A stretch of DNA of 64,000 bases from Actinomycetes bacterium. Lineage in GTDB: Bacteria > Actinomycetota > Coriobacteriia > Coriobacteriales > Eggerthellaceae. A program made the position numbers and the translations under genes. A model generated the notes under the pieces. It did no database searches. It had not been told where the DNA came from and saw only the letters and a list, made by a program, of their open reading frames with translations. Where the stretch lies: assembly GCA_023394615.1 (NCBI GenBank), contig JAEXAI010000022.1, positions 24,175-88,174 on the forward strand, written 5' to 3'. How positions within the stretch are numbered: position 1 is the stretch's first letter; every line of letters begins with the position of its first letter. Below, piece by piece: positions 19,058 through 28,421 of the stretch.

Positions 19058-22000
19058 ATGACGGAATCAAAAACGAAGAAGCGTAAAAAGGCAAGCGGCA
19101 ACGACCGCCGCAATATTTGGCTGCTCGTGGTGACCACGCTTTTGGTCATAGGGTCGGTCATCATGTTCACGCCTCCCAACGAAAAGATAAACCAGGGTCT
19201 CGACATCCAAGGCGGGCTGTCGGTGGTGCTTACCGCCAACTCCACCACCGGCGATGCCGTCACATCCGATGACCTGGATACCTCCCGCAGCATCATCGAG
19301 AGTCGCGTGAACGCGCTGGGCGCCTCTGAGGCTACCGTGCAGAAGCAGGGCGACAACCAGATCTTGGTGCAGATACCGGGCCTGTCCAACACCCAAGACG
19401 CGCTGAACACCATCGGCAGGACCGGCAAACTCGAGTTCGCGCGCCTTGACTCCTTCACCGATTCTACGGTGCAGACCAAGATAAGCAACGGCCAGCTCAC
19501 CACCAACTCCACCTTCACCGACAACTACGGCAACTCCCTGCCATCAGGCGAGTCGCAGCCGCTGACCGTGGAGGAGGGCACCTACACCCCCATCGTCACA
19601 GGCTCAAACATCACCAAGGTGACGGTTGACAAAGAGGGCGGATCCGGCATCTACTACGCGGTCAACATCGAGCTCGACGATGCGGGCACCAAGGCCTTCT
19701 CCGAGGCCAGCCGCGATTTGGTGGCTGACAACGGCAAGATCGTCATCATACTGGATGGCGAGGTGAACTCCGCGCCCGCCGTGCAGTCGGCCATCGACAA
19801 CGGCAAGGTGCAGATCACCGGCAACTACACCCAAGACGAGGCCAACGCGCTCAAAACCGTTTTGGAGAGCGGGTCGCTGCCCGTGAGCTTTACCTACGCA
19901 CAGTCGCAGACGGTCGGACCCACCCTTGGCCAAGACGCGCTGGTCTCGGGTATCATCGTGGCCGGCATAGGGCTGCTGCTGGTAATGCTCTACCTGCTGC
20001 TGTTCTACCATGGCTTGGGACTGCTCACCGCAGGTGCCATGGGCGTGTTCTCTGTGCTCTACCTGGGGCTTTTGGCGACGCTTTCGCACTTCGGGCTGTT
20101 CAGCCTGTCGCTTTCCGGCGTGGCAGGCATCGTGCTTACCATCGGCATGGCGGCAGACTCATCCATCTTGACCCTTGAGCGTTTCCGAGAAGAGATACGC
20201 TTCGGGCGCTCGGTGCGGGCGGCATCGGTCACCGGCGTGCGCCACGGCATACAGACATCCATCGACGCCGACCTGGTCACGCTGGTCTCGGCCTTGACCC
20301 TGTTCTTTTTGGCCACGAGCTCGGTCAAGGGCTTCGGGCTGACGCTGGCGCTGGGCATCATGTGCGACATCGTGATGATGCTCTTGTTCAAGGCGCCCAT
20401 CATCCGCCTGCTCGCACCGCACTCCATTGCCAAGAACCCCAAGTTCTGGGGTATCGCAGACTGTGAGCGCGCTGCCGTTACGTTTGGTGAGCTGGCGGCT
20501 GCAGAGGGCGAGAGCGTGGAGACCGCGGCCTCGGCCGAGGCCATCAGCCCCGCCGACAACGCCGCCTATGCGACCCGCAAAGGGGGAGATGTGGGGGCGG
20601 CCGCAGCGGCCGCAGCGTCTAAGGTGCGCGGGCGCTTCCTGAAACACGACATCAATTTCCTGGGATATCGCAAGGTGTTTCTGTCCCTGGCTGCATGCAT
20701 GGTCGCGCTCTGCCTTGTGTGCGTGGGCGTGCGCGGGCTCAACTTCGGCATCGAGTTCATCGGCGGCACGAGCGTGACGTTTAACTCGACGGGCGAGGTC
20801 ACTACCGACCAGATGCGCGAGGCCTTCGCCGGCCTCGATCAGCCCAACGCCGTCATACAGACCACCGAGGCGGGCGGCGAGCCCGGCTTCATCGTGCGCA
20901 CCACCGACACCGACGCGGCATCTGCCGCAGGCACCGCCACATCTGTGGCCGAAGAGCTGGGCCTGTCCACGGACAGCTTCCAGGTGTCCACCATCGGCCC
21001 TGACTGGGGCGCCTCCATCATTCAGTCCATGTTCATAGCGCTTCTCGTGTCGTTTCTGCTGATCATTGCCTATATCGCGCTGCGCTTCGAATACAAGATG
21101 GGCGTGACGGCCATCATAGCGCTGTTGCACGACATCGTGTTGGTGATAGGAGTCTATGCGCTGGTGGGCCGTGAGATGAACCCCAACACCATCGCCGCGC
21201 TGCTCACGATTCTGGGCTACTCGCTCTACGACACCGTGGTCGTGTTCCACCGCATCGACGACAACATGCAGCACTCCGAGCTGAAGTGCACGTTTATGAC
21301 CATGGCGAACCACTCCATCAACCAGGTGCTGCTGCGCTCGATCAACACTACGCTCACCTCCATCATCCCGGTCATCGCCATGCTGCTGTTCGGCAGCGAG
21401 ACCCTGAAGGACTTCGCGTTCGCCATGACGATAGGCCTCCTGTCCGGCGCGTACTCCTCGATCGCCATCGCCTGCCCGCTCTACGCCATCTGGAAGACGC
21501 GCGAGCCCAAAAACGCCAAGCTGGTGAAGAAGTACGGTGCCCAGGTGGGTCGCTTCGAGTTCGCCCACGGCGCGCTGTCGGGCAACATGCGAGTGGCTCC
21601 CGCTGCCGCAGGTGCAGTGAGCGCCACCGCCCCAATCGCGGATATGAAGGCATCGGCATCGAAAGCCCAAGGAAAAGCGAAGGCCATGGACGAGTCAGCA
21701 TCAGGTGCCGGTGAAGCGGCATCAACTGAGGCAACCAGCGCAGCCACGAGCACTCGGTCGCAGCATAAAGGAAATGCGAGCCAGCATCAGGGCGGCAATT
21801 CGAATGCCCCTGTAAGCGGTGCGCAGGCTGCGAAAGCCGCGCGCGCCAAGCAGCGCAAAGCCGCCGCGAAGAAGAAGGCTGCAGCGCAGAACGCGGAAGC
21901 GAAGGATAAAAAATCCGACCAAAATCCGGGATTCTCGTTTGTCCAGCCACCCGAAAAGAGTGGGACTTCGGGTAAAGAGAGCGCGAAAAAGCAATCGCCT

Positions 22001-22081
22001 GCGAAAAAGCAGGAGGCTTCGGATAAAGGTCAAGCACCTTCGAAAGACGATGGTAATTCCTCCGAGAGCAAGGAGCGGTAA
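19058..22081 (+). CDS. secDF: Fused protein-export membrane protein SecDF with a long low-complexity C-terminal tail
   Basis: The SecD motif LDIQGGLSVVL and the SecF motif GIEFIGGTSV occur in one ORF with 12 predicted TMs. The last ~200 aa are rich in Ala/Lys/Ser/Gln. The ATG at 19058 (MTESKTKKRKK) is preferred. Confidence 0.9.
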   Translation: MTESKTKKRKKASGNDRRNIWLLVVTTLLVIGSVIMFTPPNEKINQGLDIQGGLSVVLTANSTTGDAVTSDDLDTSRSIIESRVNALGASEATVQKQGDNQILVQIPGLSNTQDALNTIGRTGKLEFARLDSFTDSTVQTKISNGQLTTNSTFTDNYGNSLPSGESQPLTVEEGTYTPIVTGSNITKVTVDKEGGSGIYYAVNIELDDAGTKAFSEASRDLVADNGKIVIILDGEVNSAPAVQSAIDNGKVQITGNYTQDEANALKTVLESGSLPVSFTYAQSQTVGPTLGQDALVSGIIVAGIGLLLVMLYLLLFYHGLGLLTAGAMGVFSVLYLGLLATLSHFGLFSLSLSGVAGIVLTIGMAADSSILTLERFREEIRFGRSVRAASVTGVRHGIQTSIDADLVTLVSALTLFFLATSSVKGFGLTLALGIMCDIVMMLLFKAPIIRLLAPHSIAKNPKFWGIADCERAAVTFGELAAAEGESVETAASAEAISPADNAAYATRKGGDVGAAAAAAASKVRGRFLKHDINFLGYRKVFLSLAACMVALCLVCVGVRGLNFGIEFIGGTSVTFNSTGEVTTDQMREAFAGLDQPNAVIQTTEAGGEPGFIVRTTDTDAASAAGTATSVAEELGLSTDSFQVSTIGPDWGASIIQSMFIALLVSFLLIIAYIALRFEYKMGVTAIIALLHDIVLVIGVYALVGREMNPNTIAALLTILGYSLYDTVVVFHRIDDNMQHSELKCTFMTMANHSINQVLLRSINTTLTSIIPVIAMLLFGSETLKDFAFAMTIGLLSGAYSSIAIACPLYAIWKTREPKNAKLVKKYGAQVGRFEFAHGALSGNMRVAPAAAGAVSATAPIADMKASASKAQGKAKAMDESASGAGEAASTEATSAATSTRSQHKGNASQHQGGNSNAPVSGAQAAKAARAKQRKAAAKKKAAAQNAEAKDKKSDQNPGFSFVQPPEKSGTSGKESAKKQSPAKKQEASDKGQAPSKDDGNSSESKER

Positions 22082-22402
22082 ATGAAGCAGGGAAGCGCCC
22101 CGAATTTTTGCCCGCCCGTCGAAGAGGGTATATCGTTCACTTTCGAAGATGAAAAAGGCGATTTGCTGAACTTGGAATTTCTAGGACTCGTTTTGTTGAA
22201 CGAGGCTCGGTACGGCTTCTTCGTTCCGACGGCCGAAGATGACGCTGGCGAATACGCCGGGGAAGTCATCGTGTTGGAAGTGACCGGGCTGGACGAAGAT
22301 GGCCAGCCCGACGGGTTCGAACTCGTGGATGACGCTGCGGTTGCGCAAGAAGCCTATAGAGCTTTCCAAGAAGCGACGAAAGACCTCTACGACTTCGCTT
22401 AA
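22082..22402 (+). CDS. DUF1292-like small acidic protein
   Basis: The ATG immediately follows the secDF TAA. The sequence pattern ...FEDEKGDLLNLEFLGLVLLNEARYGFFVP...VIVLEV...DGFELVDD resembles the DUF1292 family. Confidence 0.55.
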   Translation: MKQGSAPNFCPPVEEGISFTFEDEKGDLLNLEFLGLVLLNEARYGFFVPTAEDDAGEYAGEVIVLEVTGLDEDGQPDGFELVDDAAVAQEAYRAFQEATKDLYDFA

Positions 22403-22408
22403 GTCGCT

Positions 22409-22831
22409 CTACGACTCAAGGTCGATAGGAAAAGAACCGCCGTCGATATCAGCAAGCGTTGCTTTTGCGTTCGTTATCGTGAAGAACGTCAAACGGGGAT
22501 CATCCGGCCCAAGGTAGGTTTCCCCTAGCCCTGTCATGTGATCATAGCCGGCTTGCCTCGTTTCGGCAGAAACGAGCGTGTCAAGCTGGGCCGTGCCTTC
22601 CACGACTATCCATCCGCTTCCTGGTTTCCAACCGGAGAGTTCAAACAGGGGGTTTTCCTGCAATTGCTCGTAAATGTCTTTGTTCGTGGCCGTGCAAAAA
22701 CAGATGCGGTCGTTGTCGAGCGCACAGAAGCTAAATGGGCGCACGCGCGGTTGCGCAGGATTGTCAATGTCGGTGGTGGCGAGAAACCAGCACGGGATGC
22801 CGCTCAGGTACTCGACGACTTCTTGTTTCAT
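22409..22831 (-). CDS. Pyridoxamine 5'-phosphate oxidase-family (FMN-binding split barrel) protein
   Basis: 140 aa. The pattern WFLATTD...PRVRPFSF...ICFCT..K..Y.QL..NP is typical of PNPOx-like general stress proteins. Confidence 0.55.
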   Translation of the reverse strand: MKQEVVEYLSGIPCWFLATTDIDNPAQPRVRPFSFCALDNDRICFCTATNKDIYEQLQENPLFELSGWKPGSGWIVVEGTAQLDTLVSAETRQAGYDHMTGLGETYLGPDDPRLTFFTITNAKATLADIDGGSFPIDLES

Positions 22832-22911
22832 GTGGAACTCCTTTTGTCTAGGGTTTTGTCAGTATACTCAAATCAGAAAAACGGGATTGGCAGGGTCAGC
22901 ACGAGTTGGCT

Positions 22912-23715
22912 TTAAAACAGGAGGTTTGCGGCGACTATCGCACAGAGAAGCACACAACAGGCAATCACTGCATAGGAATCGACACGAGCGAACTTCAACG
23001 GGTTCAGCCGTGTGCGACCGACGCTTCCGTGATAGCAGCGCGCGTCCATGCCCGAAGACAAGGTCTCAGCATGACGAAACGCGCTAGTGAACAGGGGAAC
23101 CATCAAGCTTGTGAGCGATTGTAAGCCGCCGTGAAACGGATTCTTGGAAAACGAGGCACCTCGTGCGAGTTGAGCCGATCGGATGGTTCTGGATTCTTCG
23201 ACGAATTGAGGCAAAAAACGCAAGGCGATGCCCATAATCATCGCGAACTCATGAGCGGGAAATCCAATCTTGCGCAGCGGCCCTAAAAGCACTTCAAACG
23301 CATCGGTCAAATCAAGCATGGTAGTAGTCAGCGTCAGTAGACTCGCTCCGAAAAGCAGCAGGAAGAGCCGGGCGCTCAGGAAAAGCGCAGAATCAATGCC
23401 TTTTTGGCTTATCTGCAGCCAGCCCCAGTTCACGTAAACGGTTCCGCCTTGCACGAAAAAAGTGTTCAGCAGCGCGGTAATCACCACTATGAACAGCAAT
23501 ACCGAAATGGATTTTAGCGCTTGGCGCGGTGGAATGCTGGCTGCTGCAAACGCTGCTATCACAAAGAGCGCGCATGCGGCCAAGCCCGCATAGTTAGCAG
23601 AGCAGAATACCAGCACCATGAACGCCAAACTGGCGATAAGCTTCGTGCGCGGGTCCATGGCATGCACGGGGCTCGAAGCAGCCCAGTATTGACCGAAAAC
23701 CGCTGTGTTCGGCAT
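22912..23715 (-). CDS. ecfT: ECF transporter transmembrane component EcfT
   Basis: It is a CbiQ/EcfT-like polytopic protein (HAMDPRTKL...; ...ARGASF...), positioned after two EcfA ATPases. Confidence 0.85.
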   Translation of the reverse strand: MPNTAVFGQYWAASSPVHAMDPRTKLIASLAFMVLVFCSANYAGLAACALFVIAAFAAASIPPRQALKSISVLLFIVVITALLNTFFVQGGTVYVNWGWLQISQKGIDSALFLSARLFLLLFGASLLTLTTTMLDLTDAFEVLLGPLRKIGFPAHEFAMIMGIALRFLPQFVEESRTIRSAQLARGASFSKNPFHGGLQSLTSLMVPLFTSAFRHAETLSSGMDARCYHGSVGRTRLNPLKFARVDSYAVIACCVLLCAIVAANLLF

Positions 23716-23718
23716 AAG

Positions 23719-24645
23719 CTACGCCTGCCTCTCGCGGTATGCCCTCGCCAGCACATCTGCCAGCGTGTCAATCGTGTAGACCTCGCTCGGTTCAGGCACG
23801 TTGATGCCTGCTGCACGCAGCGTATTTGCCAGATGCTGTGGCTGGGGCACGCCTAGGCCAATGGATTTCAGCGCTTCGGCATCGCGGAATACTTCAGCAG
23901 GAGTGTCCAACTCGAAAACACGACCGGTATTCAAAGCAAGGATACGGTCGGAAAAGCGAGCCAAGTCGTCCATGTTGTGCGAGACCATCACCACGGTCAG
24001 CCCGTCGGTTGCGCGCAAGTGCTCAATCAGCTCCAGAAAGCTCTCCCGAGATTCGGGGTCCAAACCCGCTACTGGCTCATCCAAAATCAGCGTGCTCGGA
24101 TGCATAGCCAATACGCCCGCAAACGCCACCCGTCGCTGCTGGCCGCCGGAAAGCTCGAAAGGACTCGCTTCACTCACTCGGTCGAAATCTAGGCCCACCT
24201 CTGCCAAGGCTTCGTGAACGCGCGCGTCCACCTCATCTGCACCGAGGCCTTTGTTGCGCGGGCCGAAAGCCACATCTTCGTATACGGTGGCAGCGAACAG
24301 TTGGTGTTCGGGGTATTGGAATACCAAGCCGACGTTGCTGCGGGCAATCGAGGCGGATTTGTTGTCGGCTATGTTGGTTCCGTTTACGAGCACCTGCCCA
24401 CGTGTGGGGTGTAAAAGGCCGTTCATATGCTGGATAAGCGTGCTCTTCCCGCTGCCGGTGTGGCCTGCAAGCCCAAGGAACTCGCCGTCTTGCAACGTGA
24501 AGCTCACATCCTGCAATGCCCAGAAGGCATCGGGTTTGTTGCCCCAATCGGCTGCTTCGGAGGCTGCGTCACTCGAAGATTTGCGACGTTTCCTTTTTTG
24601 CGGAGCTGCGTCGTAGGTATAGAACACATGTTGAAACTCGATCAT
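23719..24645 (-). CDS. ecfA2: ECF transporter ATPase EcfA2
   Basis: It carries Walker A GHTGSGKSTL, the ABC signature LSGGQQRRV and Walker B LILDEP. The ATG at 24645 overlaps the ecfA1 stop (ATGA). Confidence 0.9.
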   Translation of the reverse strand: MIEFQHVFYTYDAAPQKRKRRKSSSDAASEAADWGNKPDAFWALQDVSFTLQDGEFLGLAGHTGSGKSTLIQHMNGLLHPTRGQVLVNGTNIADNKSASIARSNVGLVFQYPEHQLFAATVYEDVAFGPRNKGLGADEVDARVHEALAEVGLDFDRVSEASPFELSGGQQRRVAFAGVLAMHPSTLILDEPVAGLDPESRESFLELIEHLRATDGLTVVMVSHNMDDLARFSDRILALNTGRVFELDTPAEVFRDAEALKSIGLGVPQPQHLANTLRAAGINVPEPSEVYTIDTLADVLARAYRERQA

Positions 24646-25472
24646 TGCGCGTCTCCTTCGAACATGCATGTCAGCGAAGCGGCTAGGTCGTCTTCGCCTA
24701 CATGCATACCGACATGAACGCCTCGTTCCTCGAGCGCGCGGCTCATCTTCACGGCGAAGGGCAGGTCCAACGCAAGCGATTCCAGCAAGTTTGCTTGCGT
24801 GAGCACCTCTTCCGGTGTGCCTTGCACAGCTATCGTTCCGGCATCCATCACCACTACGCGGTCGGCCAGCGCGGCTTCTTCCATGAAGTGGGTAATCATG
24901 ACGATGGTCAGTCCTGCTTCATGCAGCTCGCGGCATACGCGCAACAGTCCTTTACGTCCGCGAGGGTCCAGCATAGCGCTTGCTTCGTCCAAGATGAGTA
25001 TCTGCGGGCGCATGGCCAAAACACCAGCGATAGCCACGCGTTGTTTCTGGCCTCCGGAAAGCGCGGTCGTTTCTTTGCGCTCAAAGCCCTGCAGGCCGAC
25101 TTGTTCCAATGCCTCGGTCACGCGCTCGCGCAACTGATCGGCTGGCAGGCCCAAGTTTTCGGGTCCGAACGCCACATCGTTTTCAATCAGGCTGGCTACC
25201 AGTTGGTCGTCGGGGTTTTGGAATACCATGCCGGCGTTGCTGCGGATAAAATACATGCTCGATTCGTCCGATGTGCTGTGATCTAGCACGTTTACCGTGC
25301 CGCGATCGGGCACCAATAAGGCGTTCATGTGCTTGGCAAGCGTGCTTTTGCCGCTGCCGTTGCCGCCTAAAATGCATACGAATTCGCCGGCCTTGATTTC
25401 CAGATCAATGCCGCACAAAACAAAGCTGTCGCCATCGTAGGTGAATTCCACGTTTTCAAAATCGATGATCAT
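24642..25472 (-). CDS. ecfA1: ECF transporter ATPase EcfA1
   Basis: It carries Walker A GGNGSGKSTL, the signature LSGGQKQRV and Walker B LILDEA. Confidence 0.9.
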   Translation of the reverse strand: MIIDFENVEFTYDGDSFVLCGIDLEIKAGEFVCILGGNGSGKSTLAKHMNALLVPDRGTVNVLDHSTSDESSMYFIRSNAGMVFQNPDDQLVASLIENDVAFGPENLGLPADQLRERVTEALEQVGLQGFERKETTALSGGQKQRVAIAGVLAMRPQILILDEASAMLDPRGRKGLLRVCRELHEAGLTIVMITHFMEEAALADRVVVMDAGTIAVQGTPEEVLTQANLLESLALDLPFAVKMSRALEERGVHVGMHVGEDDLAASLTCMFEGDAQ

Positions 25473-25539
25473 AGATATCTTCTTTCAAGGGCTTACTCGC
25501 GTGATGCGTGCGGCGAATCGCGTATGCTGTCAAAATCGT

Positions 25540-26148
25540 TTAGCGGCCCACAACCTGCTTTTTCTTCGGCGTAATCAAGTTCGAGATGCTCTTGTATATC
25601 ACGATGGTCAGCACGGAGTTGATGATGGCTTTGATGATGTTGAAGGGCAGCAGTACAGGCACCACCAATGCGACCACGGCCTCAAAAGGCATGCCGAAGT
25701 AGAACGGGTCGATGGCTAGATTGCTCACGATGGCCACCACGATAGCCGCAACAACAGCAATGATCAGACCGATGATGGCTCCCTTAAACGAATGCTGCTT
25801 GCGATAGATAGCAGCGGAGGGCAAGACCATGGCTATGACGATAAAGATGTTCATCAGCGCGCCTACCCAGTCGCCTAGCATCATGCCGTGGATTAAGGCG
25901 CTTACAGCACCCACCACGATACCGGCGGTAGGTCCGAATGCGAACCCGACCACCATGGCGGGCATGCAGGACGCATCGTATTTCAACCACGAAATACCGG
26001 GAATCAGAGGAAACTCGATGAAGGACAACAGCACGCTGATGGCGCACAAAAGCGCCATGGTCACCAGCTGCCGGGTATCCCATTTGTTGGTGTTCGTAAA
26101 GTTCAGCGACTGGTCGGTCGCCGATGGTGTGCTTGCGTTTTCTGTCAT
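25540..26148 (-). CDS. ribU: ECF S-component, probable riboflavin transporter RibU
   Basis: It is a six-TM small membrane protein (LVTMALLCAISVLLSFIEFPL...) directly downstream of an FMN riboswitch and upstream of ecfA1A2T. The ATG at 26148 is preferred over 26235. Confidence 0.75.
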   Translation of the reverse strand: MTENASTPSATDQSLNFTNTNKWDTRQLVTMALLCAISVLLSFIEFPLIPGISWLKYDASCMPAMVVGFAFGPTAGIVVGAVSALIHGMMLGDWVGALMNIFIVIAMVLPSAAIYRKQHSFKGAIIGLIIAVVAAIVVAIVSNLAIDPFYFGMPFEAVVALVVPVLLPFNIIKAIINSVLTIVIYKSISNLITPKKKQVVGR

Positions 26149-26289
26149 TTTAAACCCTTTCTTTTGCCAAGGCATTTTGTGCGGATTCGCTTTCTGCCTT
26201 GAAAAAGAAAACGACCCGTATGAATCAATCTCCACACAGGCCTTAAGGGTTGTCGCATATACGCAGGCTATTGCCTTGCGCGGCGCGAA

Positions 26290-26440
26290 AACTCTGCCTC
26301 TTCCATCCGGACTATAACCGTTGGTCTCGGGCTCCCACCGAAGTCAGCCTGCAGTACCGAAGCACATGCAGGGTCGCGGACTCGTAGTCAATTGGCTACA
26401 TCACCGCCAGTGAGGATTTTCACCTCGCCCTGAAACAGAT
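26290..26440 (-). promoter_or_regulatory. FMN riboswitch (RFN element)
   Basis: The minus strand reads CAGGGCGAGGTGAAAATCCTCACTGGCGGTGATGTAGCC...AGTCCGCGACCC...GGTGGGAGCCCGAGACCAACGGTTATAGTCCGGATGGAAGAGGCAG. This matches the conserved RFN core segments (AGGG..GGTGAAATTCC..CCGGCGGT, AGCCCGCGA, GCCGACGGTTAAAGTCCGGATGG.AGA). Confidence 0.85.
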
Positions 26441-26547
26441 TCATGATGCGTATTTTAGAGCCGTGTGCTCACAAGCGCAAGTGCGTTCTGCGCCTAGATG
26501 GTCAAAACCTATGGATTACCCGCAGAAGGATAGATGCGAAGGCTGGC

Positions 26548-26592
26548 AGTGCGGTATAGGGCAGCGCGGTATAGACATCAGTGCGGTATAGA
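26548..26592. repeat. Three direct copies of the 14-bp unit CAGYGCGGTATAGR
   Basis: The copies are cagtgcggtatagg / cagcgcggtataga / (3-bp spacer) / cagtgcggtataga, read directly. A GTAGG x3 run follows at 26609-26627. Confidence 0.8.
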
Positions 26593-26865
26593 TATGAATG
26601 ACAACCGCGTAGGGTGTAGGTGTAGGACGGCTGTGCAGTATGGACGTGAGAGACGCGCGCAACTTACCCTATTCGGCATGCACCACGCCATTTATAAAAA
26701 TTGTAACCATTTCGAAAACAACTTCATGCATAATGACTGCAACACACATTAGGGAAAGTTCTTGAGTCGCAAGTTCCACGCCGCAATTTCTTATCGAATT
26801 TCATGCAGCATTGACGGGCCTTTCGATTCGGGCTCTTTTCCGCACGACGAGGAAAGGGAGGCTCT

Positions 26866-28293
26866 ATGGATTTCGTAACCGTTTTGAACGCCATAGATTC
26901 ACTGGTATGGGGCCCGGCGATGATCGCCCTGCTTTTGGGTACTCACATATTCATGACGATACGCACGCGCTGCATCCAGAGAAAGATCGGATTGGGAATC
27001 AAGCTGTCAGTTACCAAAGATCCTGATGCTGAGGGTGATATCAGTCAGTTCGGTGCATTGGCAACCGCTCTTTCAGCTACCATCGGTACGGGCAACATCG
27101 TCGGTGTGGCAACGGCTGTTTTGGCCGGCGGTCCAGGTGCTGTGCTGTGGATGTGGTTCACCGGTGTGTTTGGCATTGCGACGAAATACGCTGAAACTTT
27201 CGCAGCTGTGAAGTACCGCGTGAAAGACCACAACGGCGACATGCTGGGCGGCGCCATGTATGCCTGGCGCAGGGCTTTTAACAAAGACGGTAAGACCCCG
27301 TGGTGGGCAATGCTTGGATCCGGTGCATTCGCCCTGTTTGCGGCCATTGCGGCATTTGGCATTGGCTCGGCCGTGCAAAGCTCAGCGCTTACCGGCATCA
27401 TCGTGGCAAACGTGCCGGGAATCCCTGAATGGGCTATCGGTGCTACGGTTGTTTTCCTGGTTTCCATCGTTATATTTGGCGGAGTCAAATCCATCAGCCG
27501 TGTATGCGAGAAATTGGTACCCCTCATGGCCGTGTTCTACGCTTTGGGTTGCATTGTCATTTTGTTCATAAACAGTGCCTACGTACTACCTGCCATCGCT
27601 TTGATCTTCGAATGCGCATTCACTCCGAAAGCCGCCTTTGGCGGTGCTGTGGGAAGTGGCATCATGCTGGCTTTGCAGTTCGGCTGTGCTCGTGGTTTGT
27701 TCTCCAATGAGTCAGGCATGGGCTCAGCGCCTATTGTGGCATCAGCCGCAACAACGCGTAATCCGGCTCGCCAGGCACTTGTTTCCATGACGGGAACGTT
27801 TTGGGACACCGTTATCATCTGCGCTCTTACCGGTATTGTGTTGGTGTCGACCATGATTGCCAATCCGGATATTGCCGAGAGCATTCTGGTTGATCCGACA
27901 GCGTTCAGCGGCGCGATGCTTACCAGCGCGGCTTTTGCCAAGATTCCGGTTATCGGTACGCCCATTTTAGTTATCGGCATGGTCATGTTCTCTTATTCCA
28001 CCATTCTGGGTTGGTCGTATTACGGCAACCGCTGTGTGGCCTATCTGTTCGGTAAAAGAGGAATCAAACCCTACCAGGTCATTTACGTGTCGGTAGCTTT
28101 CCTGGGCGCTATCGGCATCGGGAGCGCGGTGTGGACCATGTCAGATATCACCAATGCTTTGATGGTTATCCCCAATGTGATCATGGTGTTGATGCTCTCG
28201 GGCGTTATCGCGCGGGAGACCAAGCATTACGTGTGGGATGGAAATCTCGACGAGGTGGACGACACACCCATCCCCCAACTCGATTCGAAATAG
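26866..28293 (+). CDS. Alanine/glycine:cation symporter (AGCS family)
   Basis: GDISQFGALATALSATIGTGNIVGVATA is the AGCS signature region. It is a 475-aa polytopic protein with a GGAAAGGGAGG Shine-Dalgarno sequence. Confidence 0.9.
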   Translation: MDFVTVLNAIDSLVWGPAMIALLLGTHIFMTIRTRCIQRKIGLGIKLSVTKDPDAEGDISQFGALATALSATIGTGNIVGVATAVLAGGPGAVLWMWFTGVFGIATKYAETFAAVKYRVKDHNGDMLGGAMYAWRRAFNKDGKTPWWAMLGSGAFALFAAIAAFGIGSAVQSSALTGIIVANVPGIPEWAIGATVVFLVSIVIFGGVKSISRVCEKLVPLMAVFYALGCIVILFINSAYVLPAIALIFECAFTPKAAFGGAVGSGIMLALQFGCARGLFSNESGMGSAPIVASAATTRNPARQALVSMTGTFWDTVIICALTGIVLVSTMIANPDIAESILVDPTAFSGAMLTSAAFAKIPVIGTPILVIGMVMFSYSTILGWSYYGNRCVAYLFGKRGIKPYQVIYVSVAFLGAIGIGSAVWTMSDITNALMVIPNVIMVLMLSGVIARETKHYVWDGNLDEVDDTPIPQLDSK

Positions 28294-28350
28294 CACGTGA
28301 CAGTAGGTAGTTCGTCACGTATTTCTGCGGAAGTCGAATGATTGCATGAA

Positions 28351-28384
28351 GGGGTCGCCTGCAGATGGCGGCCCCTTTGTTTTG
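28351..28384 (+). terminator. Rho-independent terminator
   Basis: ggggtcgcc-tgcagat-ggcggcccc forms a 9-bp stem with one G-U pair and is followed by tttgtttt. Confidence 0.75.
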
Positions 28385-28421
28385 CCAATCGGCTGCGATG
28401 ATGCGATTATTCCGAGGCCGA

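Noticed and set aside
20159-21670. 503-aa minus-strand ORF antisense to secDF. Similar long antisense ORFs occur at 7843-8748 (feoB), 36087-37199 (murA), 34105-34806 (rpsB/tsf), 42925-43551, 49255-49956 (upp/deaminase), 53083-53916 (napH-like) and 62051-62860 (molybdoenzyme).
   Set aside because: These are shadow ORFs typical of GC-rich DNA. Their translations are rich in Arg/His/Gly/Ala with no motifs, and each lies fully inside a gene with unambiguous family signatures on the other strand.
26593-26865. Possible glycine riboswitch upstream of the alanine/glycine:cation symporter.
   Set aside because: I read both strands and found no GGAGAG...CACCG...AAGGGGCAA-type conserved cores. The region is AT-rich and promoter-like.
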